Assembly: GCA_030262895.1 (NCBI GenBank)
Contig: JAJSZW010000001.1
Span: 16,360-80,359 of the forward strand
Direction: 5' to 3'
From: Deltaproteobacteria bacterium
GTDB taxonomy: Bacteria; Desulfobacterota; Desulfobacteria; Desulfobacterales; ETH-SRB1
DNA: 64,000 nt
The notes below the pieces were generated by a model. It was not told the DNA's origin. It worked only from the letters and a program-made list of their open reading frames with translations, and ran no database searches. The position numbers were made by a program, and so were the translations under genes. Position 1 is the first letter of the stretch; each line of letters opens with the position of its first letter. Shown one piece after another: positions 18,623 to 28,733 of this stretch.

Positions 18623-19300
18623 ATGTTTGTCAGCCAATCGATGACCAGGGAGGTCATCACAATTAACAAAGATGCTGATATTTTTGAAGCAAAAGATAAA
18701 ATGACCAAACACCGTATACGCCATCTTCCGGTAGTGGGGAAGGATAATCGTATTATAGGGATTGTTTCAGATCGTGATATAAGAAGCGCTCTTCCCTGCA
18801 GTCTATTAAAAGATTACGATACAGGAAAAACAAGGGAAAAACTTTTAGAGTTTAAGATTAAAGATATCATGATAATTGATCCCTTTACTATTTCTTTGTC
18901 ATATACCATTCAAGATGCCCTTATGCTTATGCAGAAAACACGCGTTGGAGCATTTCCTGTTGTAGATAAACAAGGCAGAATTAAAGGCATCATCTCTACT
19001 CGTGACCTTTTACGCGCATTTATCAATGTTCTGGGTATAGAAGAATCCGGGACTCTATTATGTATTATTGTAGAAGAAAAAATTGGTCAGTTGAAAAAAA
19101 TTGTTGATGCCATCACCGAGGAAAATATTTCTTTTGGCAGCGTTCTTGTAGCCAGATACTGGGATGAAGGCAAGAAAGCCGTTTTTCCATACCTTTTAAC
19201 AAAAAAGGTAAGTCACGTGAAAAGAAAACTTAAGAAAATGGGCTACACTCTTCTCGACCCGACAGAATGGTATATCGACCAGATATCTCAAGATAAATGA
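18623..19300 (+). CDS. CBS-pair plus ACT-like protein (AcuB-like)
   Basis: IRHLPVV, IVSDRDIR, VGAFPVV, ISTRDLL; ATG after GGAGG SD. Confidence 0.85.
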   Translation: MFVSQSMTREVITINKDADIFEAKDKMTKHRIRHLPVVGKDNRIIGIVSDRDIRSALPCSLLKDYDTGKTREKLLEFKIKDIMIIDPFTISLSYTIQDALMLMQKTRVGAFPVVDKQGRIKGIISTRDLLRAFINVLGIEESGTLLCIIVEEKIGQLKKIVDAITEENISFGSVLVARYWDEGKKAVFPYLLTKKVSHVKRKLKKMGYTLLDPTEWYIDQISQDK

Positions 19301-19302
19301 TA

Positions 19303-19409
19303 TATAGACTTTCAGATAATTAATTTCACTGTGTTATCAGTCGTCGACGTATAGATTAATACGCCTTCCTCCTTCTATCCTTGTGAAATTAGTTATCTGA
19401 AAGTCTATA
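19303..19409. mobile_element. MITE-like palindromic element
   Basis: TATAGACTTTCAGATAATTAATTTCAC / GTGAAATTAGTTATCTGAAAGTCTATA (26/27 inverted match). Confidence 0.78.
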
Positions 19410-19436
19410 ACTTCAGACCCTGAACAAGGGGGTAAA

Positions 19437-20276
19437 ATGTATATTAAATGCTGGGGATCAAGAGGTTCCATTCCTGTATCAGGGAAAGATTATATTAAAT
19501 ACGGCGGCGATACAACCTGTTTAGAAATAAGAAGCAAAAGCAATGATATAATTATCGTTGATACCGGCACTGGAATTCGAAGGCTTGGTAACCAGTTAAT
19601 AAAAGAAAGTCTATATAAATATAATATTATCTTCACACATGCCCACTGGGATCATATAATGGGCCTCCCTTTTTTTAAACCGCTTTATTCCAAACATGCC
19701 GAATTACGAATGCACAAATGTCCATTTCACGGTAAATTTGTGGAAACCATGCTTTCAAAAATTATGGCCCCGCCTTATTTTCCTGTAGGCGATTCTGATT
19801 TAAGGGCAAAAATATCCTATGAAGAAGCATGTAAAACAAAATTTGAAATAGGATCCGTCACAATAATACCCATTCCTATCAGTCATCCTAACCGGGGTAG
19901 TGGATATAAATTCATTGAAGACGGGAAATTTTTTGTTTTTCTTACAGACAATGAACTGGGCTTTATCCATCCTGGAGGTCTGGAGTATAAAGAATATCTT
20001 GAATTCTCTTATGAAGCGGATCTGCTTATTCACGATGCGGAATATACACCTAATGAATATAAAACAACTATTGAATGGGGCCACTCGGTATATACCGATG
20101 TGCTCAATCTTGCTTCTGAAGCCGGAGTAAAGAAATTGGGGCTTTTTCATATTAATCAGGAAAGAACTGATAGTGAAATGGATAAAATTGTTGAAGATTG
20201 TATGAAAAGCATAGCTGAAAAAGACCATAAATTTGAATGTCTCGCAATAAATAGCGACATGAGTTTCGTTTTATAA
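19437..20276 (+). CDS. Metallo-beta-lactamase-fold hydrolase
   Basis: WGSRGSIP, YGGDTTC, THAHWDH, WGHS. Confidence 0.88.
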   Translation: MYIKCWGSRGSIPVSGKDYIKYGGDTTCLEIRSKSNDIIIVDTGTGIRRLGNQLIKESLYKYNIIFTHAHWDHIMGLPFFKPLYSKHAELRMHKCPFHGKFVETMLSKIMAPPYFPVGDSDLRAKISYEEACKTKFEIGSVTIIPIPISHPNRGSGYKFIEDGKFFVFLTDNELGFIHPGGLEYKEYLEFSYEADLLIHDAEYTPNEYKTTIEWGHSVYTDVLNLASEAGVKKLGLFHINQERTDSEMDKIVEDCMKSIAEKDHKFECLAINSDMSFVL

Positions 20277-20280
20277 ATTA

Positions 20281-21849
20281 ATGACAGAAAAAAATAATAA
20301 CAAAACCCTGATAAAAACTGTTTCATTAACCCCACCCTCTTTACAAGATAATACTGCGGATGCTGAACGGCTGATAAGGGCCATAAAATCTCATCTTAGG
20401 ACAAATACTGTTGATATTGATCTTTATTTATTAAGGCGGCTTCCCGGTCTTCTCAGGAAGTGGAACTATAATGTCCGCTGTATTTTTTTAAAAGACCGCA
20501 CAAGATGGATTCTTACAGGTATAACCAGCTCAATAGATACAATTCCCATTGCAGGCCTGGCTGTTGACTTAGGCACCACAAAAGTTGTTCTACGCATCAT
20601 AGACCTTTCAACAGATACAATTCTTGCTGAACATACCTTTGACAACCCCCAGATAGCTGTTGGGCCTGATATATTAACCAGGATACATTACTCTGATCAG
20701 GATGAAGGGCTGAAAAAGATAAACAGACTGATTATAGATGGTCTCAATCAAATGATTGAGAAATCGTGCAGCTCGTGCAACATCAAACCTGATAATATAT
20801 ACGCTGTTTCTGTTGCAGGTAATACTGCTATGACTCATCTTTTTATGGGGCTTAATCCATATTGGATAATACGAGAACCGTATATTCCTGTCGTAAACAA
20901 GCCCGGCCTTATTAAAGCGAAAGAATTGGGCATTAATGTTAATCCTCTTGCGAGAGTTATTATATTCCCAAATGTCGGCAGCTATTTTGGAGGCGACCTG
21001 ATAGCAGGTATTCTTTTCTCGGGTATTGATAAAAAAGAAGACGTATCCATTTTAGTAGACGTTGGGACAAATGCAGAGGTCTTGCTCGGCAATAAACATT
21101 GGCTTGTAGCATGCGCCGGCGCGGCAGGTCCTGCCCTCGAAGGGGGTGTAACCAAGATGGGAATGCTGGCTGGTCCCGGAGTTATTGATCGGATTACAAT
21201 TGACCCGGTTACTTTTAACATTAAAGCTCATACAATAGAGGATGAGCCTCCTAAGGGAATCTGCGGATCAGGACTTATAGACCTTGCGGCCTGTCTCTTT
21301 CTTTATGGCATTATCGACATCCGCGGCAAGTTTGTGCCATCAATGTGCGGTAACAGACTGAAAGATAAAGATGGTATGAAATATTACGTGGTAGTGCCTG
21401 CAAGCGAATCCGGAACAGGGTCTGATCTTATAATCAGCCAGGCGGATCTTGACAGCCTGATAAGATCTAAGGCCGCAATGTATACAATACTTGAAACTAT
21501 TACTTCTTCGGTAGGAATGTCGCTTAAAGATCTTTCTACATTTTTTGTGGCAGGCACCTTTGGTTCTTATATCAATCCCAAATCAGCCATTGCCATTGGA
21601 ATGCTTCCCGACTTGCCTGTTGATAGCTACAAAGCATTAGGCAACAGTTCATTAGGCGGAGCAACAATGGCAATTAGGTCAAATGATTGCCTAAATGAAA
21701 TTGATAATATCAGAGACAAAATAACCTATCTTGAGTTAAACGTAAATCAGGAATTTATGAACAGATTCAGTGCCGCCAAGTTTCTACCTCATACGGATAA
21801 CTCTCTTTTTCCTTCAGTTAAACATAGCCGTTCACGGCTTGAAACTTGA
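20281..21849 (+). CDS. ASKHA-domain protein (RACo/DUF4445-like corrinoid reductive activator), no N-terminal ferredoxin
   Basis: DLGTT, DVGTNAE, AGPALEG, GICGSG, AGTFG, GNSSL. Confidence 0.85.
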   Translation: MTEKNNNKTLIKTVSLTPPSLQDNTADAERLIRAIKSHLRTNTVDIDLYLLRRLPGLLRKWNYNVRCIFLKDRTRWILTGITSSIDTIPIAGLAVDLGTTKVVLRIIDLSTDTILAEHTFDNPQIAVGPDILTRIHYSDQDEGLKKINRLIIDGLNQMIEKSCSSCNIKPDNIYAVSVAGNTAMTHLFMGLNPYWIIREPYIPVVNKPGLIKAKELGINVNPLARVIIFPNVGSYFGGDLIAGILFSGIDKKEDVSILVDVGTNAEVLLGNKHWLVACAGAAGPALEGGVTKMGMLAGPGVIDRITIDPVTFNIKAHTIEDEPPKGICGSGLIDLAACLFLYGIIDIRGKFVPSMCGNRLKDKDGMKYYVVVPASESGTGSDLIISQADLDSLIRSKAAMYTILETITSSVGMSLKDLSTFFVAGTFGSYINPKSAIAIGMLPDLPVDSYKALGNSSLGGATMAIRSNDCLNEIDNIRDKITYLELNVNQEFMNRFSAAKFLPHTDNSLFPSVKHSRSRLET

Positions 21850-21955
21850 AATTGGAAAGTATAAATTGGGGAGAGATAAAGTAGAAATTGGAAATTGGGA
21901 AGAACAGTACAAAAGCATGAAGGCCAAATTTCCAATTTCAATGTTCTCTTAGCCC

Positions 21956-23302
21956 CTACTTTATTTTTTTATTAAGATAAGCCTGTTTAACACCTATTGC
22001 TTTTGCTGTTTTAGAAATATTATTTTTATTCTGTAAAAGCTTTCTTTGAATAAATGCCTTTTCAAAGGCTCTTTTAGCATCCTTTAAGTAATCTATTAAA
22101 AAAAACTGTTCTTCGAAAGACCTTGTCTTTTCCATAGTTACCGGCTTATAAGCGTTCGGGATATCAGACGCCTCTATAATATCGCCTTCCACCATTATTG
22201 CCATCCTTTCAACAAGATTTTTCAACTCTCTGACATTTCCAGGCCACGAATAAGCGCGTATTACTTCAATTGCTTCTGCTGTCATGGTTTTTTTTGTACT
22301 TCGATTCTGTTTAGCACATTCATCAAGAAATGTTTCAATAAGTAAAGGAATATCTTCAGAACGCTCCCTTAAAGGTGGAACTTCAACAGGTATTACATTC
22401 AGCCTGTAATAAAGGTCTTCTCTGAAAGTACCCTTTTCAATCTCTTGCTCAAGATCCTTGTTGCTGGCAGCTATTATTCTTACATTCACTGTTAATATTC
22501 TATCGCCTCCAACTCGCTGAAATTGCTGCTCCTGTAGAACACGAAGAATTTTAGCCTGAGTTTTCAAGCTCATATCACCTATTTCATCCAGAAATATAGT
22601 GCCATTGTTAGCTAATTCGAATTTGCCTTTTTTCTTTGAAGTTGCTCCTGGAAAAGTGTTTTTCTCATGGCCGAACAGCTCACTCTCTATTAATTTCTCA
22701 GGAATTGCCGCACAATTTACAGCTATAAGAGGCTGATCAACCCTTGAACTCAACTGATGCATAGTACGGGCTACCAGTTCCTTTCCTGTGCCATTTTCGC
22801 CTGTTATTAATATCCAGGTATCAGTAGGGGCTACAAGCTCTATCTGCTTTTTCAGTGCTACAGTTGGCGGACTATTGCCGGTTATTGAATGTTTTTCAAT
22901 CGTCTTTTTGCGCAGATACCTGTTCTCTTCTTCAAGTCGTCTGAAATTAAGTGCATTGTTAATTGTAACAATAATGTTATCTATGGAAAGCGGCTTTTCT
23001 ATCAAGTCGTATGCTCCAAGCTTTGTTGCTTTTACTGCTGTTTCTATTGTCCCGTGACCGGTTATAATTATAACCGGAATAGTCGGATAATTTTTTTTTA
23101 TCTCTTTTAAGGTTTCAATACCATCAATACCCGGCATCCAGATATCAAGCAGAACAAGATCAGGAGATCTTTCTTCAACTATCTTTAATCCCTCATATCC
23201 ATTTGTGGCCGTTTCAATCTCAAATCCTTCATCAGCAAGCAGGCCGCTTAAAGATTGAAGTATGGAAGGCTCATCATCAACAATTAAAATAGATGGAAAC
23301 AT
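21956..23302 (-). CDS. ntrX: NtrX-like sigma-54-type response regulator
   Basis: REC plus AAA+ ([22 protein letters not shown]); downstream of an ntrY-like kinase. Confidence 0.8.
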   Translation of the reverse strand: MFPSILIVDDEPSILQSLSGLLADEGFEIETATNGYEGLKIVEERSPDLVLLDIWMPGIDGIETLKEIKKNYPTIPVIIITGHGTIETAVKATKLGAYDLIEKPLSIDNIIVTINNALNFRRLEEENRYLRKKTIEKHSITGNSPPTVALKKQIELVAPTDTWILITGENGTGKELVARTMHQLSSRVDQPLIAVNCAAIPEKLIESELFGHEKNTFPGATSKKKGKFELANNGTIFLDEIGDMSLKTQAKILRVLQEQQFQRVGGDRILTVNVRIIAASNKDLEQEIEKGTFREDLYYRLNVIPVEVPPLRERSEDIPLLIETFLDECAKQNRSTKKTMTAEAIEVIRAYSWPGNVRELKNLVERMAIMVEGDIIEASDIPNAYKPVTMEKTRSFEEQFFLIDYLKDAKRAFEKAFIQRKLLQNKNNISKTAKAIGVKQAYLNKKIK

Positions 23303-23318
23303 CTTGCATAGCTCCTTA

Positions 23319-23474
23319 GGGTTCGCTCAAAAATAAATTTACATTTTCAGGTGTTGAGGCGCTCGCATGGCAAGACGCAAGGAGGGCGAATAGCGAGCTA
23401 TTTAACCGACGAGCAACGTAGCCATGCGGGATGGATCGGCGCATCAAAATGTGAAGTTATTTTTGAGCGAGCCC
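23319..23474. mobile_element. MITE with TTA target duplication
   Basis: TTA|GGGTTCGCTCAAAAATAA ... TTATTTTTGAGCGAGCCC|TTA, lying between ntrY and ntrX. Confidence 0.8.
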
Positions 23475-23498
23475 TTAGTTCAGGGTTCAAGGTTTTAT

Positions 23499-25733
23499 TC
23501 AAACCGGAAGTTCAATTACAAATTTAGCTCCTTGGGGCTGGTTGTCTTGCACACGTATTCTTCCATTATGATCAGCAATTATAGTGCTGACAATTGTCAG
23601 CCCTAAACCCATTCCAGCTTTTTTGGTTGAAAAATAAGGTTCAAAGAGGCGTGTTTTATCTTCATCGGAAATACCTGCTCCATCATCAGCAACCTCTATT
23701 CTCACCATCTTTAATATAGGGTCATGAGCCAAAGTTATAACAATATTGCCCTGTTTCTTAATTGCAATTATTGCATTGTCAACCAGATTAATCATAGCTT
23801 GCTTTATTTGCTGACGATCAAGATTAATACGCGGGATCTTATCTGAAATTATAACCTTGAAATTAATGTTTTGATGACTTTCTTTGTAAAGTGCTACAGA
23901 CTCTTCGATTATTGGCGGCAATTCACAGGATTCAGGATTCGCCGTTGGGAATCTTGCAAAAGCAGAAAATTCATTTACCAGATTTCGAATCATATCAACA
24001 TGGTCAATTATCATCTGAGTACATTCCTCAAAAATCGGTTCATTTATCTTTTCCGAATATTTCCGTTTAAGTCTTTGGGCCGAAAGCGTTATCGGAGTTA
24101 GAGGGTTTTTTACTTCATGGGCAATCCTGCGAGCAACTTCACGCCACGCTATCATTCGCTGCGCTTTCTCCAAGTCAGTCAAATCATCAAAGACCATAAC
24201 TATACCCATATGGTTTCCGGAATTATCTTTGAGTTCATTAACATGTATCATAAAACTCCGAGGTCTTCCATCTATTGTAAGTTTTAAAGGAAGCTCGACA
24301 TGATCATCATGATAACCGGTAAGATTTTCTATTAGTTCTATTGCAGCGCCAAGATGTCGTCCTTTTAACAGCTTTTTATAGCTTTTGTTTAATATATCCC
24401 CGGATTTAAGATTCAGCATCTTTTCAGCAGACTTGTTAATTGTAGTAATAAATCCATTGGCCCCCAGAGTTATTACACCAGCGGAAACATTCTTTAAGAC
24501 AATTTCCATGTACTGCCGTCTTTCTTCAATTTCCACATTCTGCTCACGAAGCATTCGTGCAGAAAGTTCCAGTTGTTCTCTGCTGCTTCTGAGATCCCTT
24601 GTCATCTTATTAAATGAATCAACAAGACTTCCTATTTCATCATCAGCTACGGCACCTATGCTTACACTTAAATCTCCTTCCGCAACCCTTCGGGTGCCTT
24701 CAGCGAGCTCCATAATTGGTATTGTAATTGTCTTTGCCAGATAAAAACCAAACCATACTGCACAAAAGACAACAAGCAACGCCACTATTGAAAGATTTAT
24801 ATAATAAGTAACCTGAATAGGTCCTTTTAATAATTTTATCTGCTGGTATTCCTCGAAACCTCTTGAAATAGAAGCCATATTTTCTGAAAGATCCGAAGGA
24901 ATAAGAATATTCAATACAACAAATGCCTCGGCATCTTTATGTTTGACTCCAAAAGGGACTGTCCCGATAGTTCTTATTAACTCACCCGTATTAATGTTTT
25001 CAAAAACCGATATTACTTTTTTTGATTCAAAGTCTTTCCGGAGGTTATCTGCTGAAACAAGACTAAGATGTTCATTCTCTGGTCCCCGGACTATGGCAAA
25101 TGTAGTACGTTCTGAATTTATGTTATAAACTTCTACAGCATGGAAATTGAATGCCCGTTGGACTACCTGGATATAATGGGAAAGAGAACTTCTATTTTTA
25201 GGATCTAAAAATTGCTTGGTCTTAATCTGGTATGATATTTTTTCCATGAAAAACTGATTATTTTCCTCTGCATGTTTATAAACACTTCTTCCAACAAGCA
25301 GTGAATTTTCAAGAGCATGCTCGACAGGTACGTCAAACCAGAACTCGATGCTGGTTGTAATAAAATTGATCGAAAAGAAAAACAAAACAATGGTCGGCAG
25401 AAGGGTAAGGGCTATAAATGCAACAACAAGTCTCGTGCGGAGCTTTGCTCCCATGACTTTACGTTTTCTATCATAAAGAAGCTTTACCAGATTCCTGAAT
25501 ACAAGAAATATCAATAAGATAAGTAATAGCAAATTGATATTGATCAGAATGAACATAAGGATTGTGTTGGAAATTGGGATATCAGCTCCAAAATGAACAA
25601 TCCTGCTTTCAGCAAAAGTCAAAACCACTACGACAGCGATTATGGCGACAATCAAAATGCCTTCTCTTTTACGCCTTTTTCGTTCATCTTCTGAAATAAA
25701 GGATTTAAGCTTTTTAAATCTGTTCTTACGCAT
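23499..25733 (-). CDS. ntrY: NtrY-like sensor histidine kinase
   Basis: KLRTRLV, HAMP, PAS, AWREVARRIAHEVKNPLTPI; start at MRKNR. Confidence 0.85.
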   Translation of the reverse strand: MRKNRFKKLKSFISEDERKRRKREGILIVAIIAVVVVLTFAESRIVHFGADIPISNTILMFILININLLLLILLIFLVFRNLVKLLYDRKRKVMGAKLRTRLVVAFIALTLLPTIVLFFFSINFITTSIEFWFDVPVEHALENSLLVGRSVYKHAEENNQFFMEKISYQIKTKQFLDPKNRSSLSHYIQVVQRAFNFHAVEVYNINSERTTFAIVRGPENEHLSLVSADNLRKDFESKKVISVFENINTGELIRTIGTVPFGVKHKDAEAFVVLNILIPSDLSENMASISRGFEEYQQIKLLKGPIQVTYYINLSIVALLVVFCAVWFGFYLAKTITIPIMELAEGTRRVAEGDLSVSIGAVADDEIGSLVDSFNKMTRDLRSSREQLELSARMLREQNVEIEERRQYMEIVLKNVSAGVITLGANGFITTINKSAEKMLNLKSGDILNKSYKKLLKGRHLGAAIELIENLTGYHDDHVELPLKLTIDGRPRSFMIHVNELKDNSGNHMGIVMVFDDLTDLEKAQRMIAWREVARRIAHEVKNPLTPITLSAQRLKRKYSEKINEPIFEECTQMIIDHVDMIRNLVNEFSAFARFPTANPESCELPPIIEESVALYKESHQNINFKVIISDKIPRINLDRQQIKQAMINLVDNAIIAIKKQGNIVITLAHDPILKMVRIEVADDGAGISDEDKTRLFEPYFSTKKAGMGLGLTIVSTIIADHNGRIRVQDNQPQGAKFVIELPV

Positions 25734-25765
25734 AATAATTTTGGAAAGAATTCTCGGACAGGCTC

Positions 25766-26329
25766 CTAGTAGATGAAATCTGTTGTATGCCAATCGGTTT
25801 TAAAGTCCTTTAGTGAAACATAATGCAGATAAAAAGGAAGGGTAAGTTTGCCACGCTCGGCTTTAGCTCTAATTTGATATTTCCCGCCTTTTTTTAGTTT
25901 GGCAAGCGGAACAATTTTTAAGCTATCAACTTGTGTCATCAACTTCTGAGCCTCTTCGAAAGATTTTGTTACAAAATGTTCTCCACTTTCTGATGAACGC
26001 GTTATAATAAATTCTTTTTTTAAATTATCATATTTAATTGTATGAGTTGTAGTTATGTCGGCTATTTTATTATCAAACCAAAAATTCTTAACTTGATAAA
26101 GACTAGTAAAAAACGTAAAAGTTGCTGGCACTCCGTTTAAGATAGCTTTTTTCGTGTCATCTCTAAAAGCCCCCTCAATATTTAAATAAAGAAGAAGATG
26201 GTCGCGTGTATTTGTTACTGTCATGTTGGCTATTCTTGCATTCTGATCCTGAGCAAAAGCCAAATTTTGCAACATGAAAATTATAGCAAAGAAAATAATC
26301 CAAGTTTTTCGATTAATTAATGTAATCAT
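25766..26329 (-). CDS. DUF4390-like exported protein
   Basis: Signal peptide; position upstream of ntrY; ends DFKTDW. Confidence 0.65.
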   Translation of the reverse strand: MITLINRKTWIIFFAIIFMLQNLAFAQDQNARIANMTVTNTRDHLLLYLNIEGAFRDDTKKAILNGVPATFTFFTSLYQVKNFWFDNKIADITTTHTIKYDNLKKEFIITRSSESGEHFVTKSFEEAQKLMTQVDSLKIVPLAKLKKGGKYQIRAKAERGKLTLPFYLHYVSLKDFKTDWHTTDFIY

Positions 26330-26333
26330 ATAT

Positions 26334-26407
26334 GTAACTGTTCAGGTTGCCGGTTCACGGTTTACGGTTCACGGTTGGTTGTATGGAACCGTGAACCGAG
26401 TAATTAC
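26334..26407. repeat. Family-B inverted heptamer element
   Basis: GTAACTGTTCAGG...GGTTCACGGTTTACGGTTCACGG ... AACCGTGAACCGAGTAATTAC. Confidence 0.7.
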
Positions 26408-26501
26408 AATATATGATACATAATTAAATGGCAAGTGATTTTGATTTAAGGATATGTCGAGATTTTTCGCAAATCCTTGATGCGCAAGACATTAGTGCAG
26501 G

Positions 26502-27389
26502 TTAAAGTGGGAGCAATTCATCAATATCATGGATTATGCGTGTTTCCCATGACTTCTTGTTTTCGAAGAATTTTTTCAGAAAAGCATGGTTGAAGGAATG
26601 GCCGGATTTGTTTACTATAATATGGCCTAAAACCGGCATGCCAAGAAGAGAAAAATCGCCTATGCAGTCGAGAATTTTATGCCTTACGAACTCATCCGGA
26701 AAGCGCAAACCATTTTTGTTTAATATGCCTTTTTCGTCAAGCACTATGACATTATCCAGCGAACCTCCACGCGCAAAGCCATACTTTTTCAAGTATTCAA
26801 TTTCTTGAAGAAAACCAAAAGTTCTGGCTCTGCATATTTCTTTTTCAAAAACTTGATCCGACACATCTATGGAATATGATTGTTCTTTTATTAGCGGATG
26901 ATCATAATATATTGTACATGTGATTTTAAATTTTGATGCCGGATAGATACCAACGAATTTTCCATCTTCTTTAAGTTCAATGGGCTCCTTTACAATAAAA
27001 AAATACTTTGGGCCAAGTTGTTCCTCTATTCCTGCGGTTTTTATATATGAAATAAAAGGGCCGGCGCTTCCATCCATTATTGGGAGCTCATAGGCATCGA
27101 GTTCAACAATTGCATTATCAATTGAAAAGCCGGCAAAAGTGGCCATAAGATGCTCTATTGTTGAGACAATAAAACCATCACAACCTATGACCGTTGCAAG
27201 ACTTGTATCCACAACCATATTAAAATGAGCGGAAACGCTTGGTTTATCAGTGAGATCAGTTCTCACAAATTTAATTCCATGATTAACAGGTGCCGGCTTA
27301 ATTGTCAGATTAACTTTTTTCCCTGAGTGTACGCCCACACCTGAAAAACTGACTGGCTTTGAAATCGTTCTTTGTCGAAAATGCATCAA
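26502..27389 (-). CDS. lpxC: UDP-3-O-acyl-GlcNAc deacetylase
   Basis: GVGVHSG, TIEHLMA, DGSA, ARTFGF, RHKILD, GH. Confidence 0.95.
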   Translation of the reverse strand: MMHFRQRTISKPVSFSGVGVHSGKKVNLTIKPAPVNHGIKFVRTDLTDKPSVSAHFNMVVDTSLATVIGCDGFIVSTIEHLMATFAGFSIDNAIVELDAYELPIMDGSAGPFISYIKTAGIEEQLGPKYFFIVKEPIELKEDGKFVGIYPASKFKITCTIYYDHPLIKEQSYSIDVSDQVFEKEICRARTFGFLQEIEYLKKYGFARGGSLDNVIVLDEKGILNKNGLRFPDEFVRHKILDCIGDFSLLGMPVLGHIIVNKSGHSFNHAFLKKFFENKKSWETRIIHDIDELLPL

Positions 27390-27409
27390 TTATAGATATC
27401 TCCAAAAAA

Positions 27410-28663
27410 TTATCGCCCTTTGGGCGAGCTATTAAGCTGTTGAGCTGTTGAGCTTATCAGCTTATCAGCACTATCGAGTCTATCATAAAGTAGATCAACA
27501 TGATTTTTTAAATTTTGTCTTATTATAGACAGTTCCGGAGCCATTGGATTATATGTATTAACTATGGAATTACATAGTTCCAGCAAATCTGTTTTTGAAA
27601 AGCATGAAATATAGTTTATGAAATCAGTTGCAGGGGTATCTGGAATTAAATTATTGTAAGATAGTTGGGACAGACCCTTTAAAAAGCCTTTTAGTGTTCC
27701 CTCAACGGCAATATTATCAGACCAGACTATTTCTCCGACGCCATCAAGCCTGTCAAGGCGGTTTCTTATTGAAAGATTAAGAAAAAATACAAGCATAGCT
27801 TCAAGCATTAAATAGATGTCACTATCTGTGTTATTTTTTGCGGTTTCATTTTTATTTTCAAGCATTGGCGCATATTGCCTGACTGTAATGAGCTTCATTT
27901 CCATATTGTTTTTTTGAAGTTTTATGACAAAATCTCCTGCCGCATGATGCCATGGAAATATTTGCTCAAAAGTCTCAGCATTATAGTAGCAGGTCAAAAT
28001 CATGGCTACCTGGCTGTATAGTTCCAGGGTTTCATCATCTGAAAGTAAAAAGTTTCCTTTTTCATGATCCCATACAACTATTTTTATACTTGAGTCTGTT
28101 TTAGCTTGTTTATATTTATTTTGGGAAATATGAAATTCATTAAAACCTTCGAACCATTCCCCCAAAAACATGCTGATTTCAACGTTTTTATTTTTTATAC
28201 ATATTTCACCCCGGCTATAAACTTTTGGAATAAATGAAAACGAAAACTCATTATTGAGTTTATTTAGAATTTCGAACTCCCTTTTAATAAAACCTTTGCC
28301 TGCACTTGATATGGCAGCGTTTAATACAAAAAGGATTCTTGATCCATTAATAAAGGTTTCAATCCTTGCGGGATGGTAAAATTCTCCATGTTTTTCCAAA
28401 TAGATACGTATTTCTTGTATTTCTTCGGGCTTTATCTTTTGATTTAAATGTTGAGAGATTGCAGAAGTAATAGATTTAAATTCGTCTTTTTCCAAAAAAG
28501 AGCGGATAGCATAAAAATAATCTCCATAAGTTACAGAAATTTCTTCAGCTTTCTGCGGCTTTTTAATGCTTAATGGAATTGGTAATGACCAGATGTCGGT
28601 TTTTTCATCTATAAAGTATTTTTTACTTTGAAGATAGTACTTGAATTGAGGCTTAGGGGGCAT
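27410..28663 (-). CDS. Hypothetical protein, possibly kinase-like fold
   Basis: 417-aa open frame; REFEIL..L, PKVY, MFLGEW, WHHAAGDF segments. Confidence 0.6.
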   Translation of the reverse strand: MPPKPQFKYYLQSKKYFIDEKTDIWSLPIPLSIKKPQKAEEISVTYGDYFYAIRSFLEKDEFKSITSAISQHLNQKIKPEEIQEIRIYLEKHGEFYHPARIETFINGSRILFVLNAAISSAGKGFIKREFEILNKLNNEFSFSFIPKVYSRGEICIKNKNVEISMFLGEWFEGFNEFHISQNKYKQAKTDSSIKIVVWDHEKGNFLLSDDETLELYSQVAMILTCYYNAETFEQIFPWHHAAGDFVIKLQKNNMEMKLITVRQYAPMLENKNETAKNNTDSDIYLMLEAMLVFFLNLSIRNRLDRLDGVGEIVWSDNIAVEGTLKGFLKGLSQLSYNNLIPDTPATDFINYISCFSKTDLLELCNSIVNTYNPMAPELSIIRQNLKNHVDLLYDRLDSADKLISSTAQQLNSSPKGR

Positions 28664-28733
28664 TTTTTATTAAGTCAAAAAAATGCGGCCCAATAAATAC
28701 TTAATTTGGGCCGCTTGATTAATTTAAGGTGAA

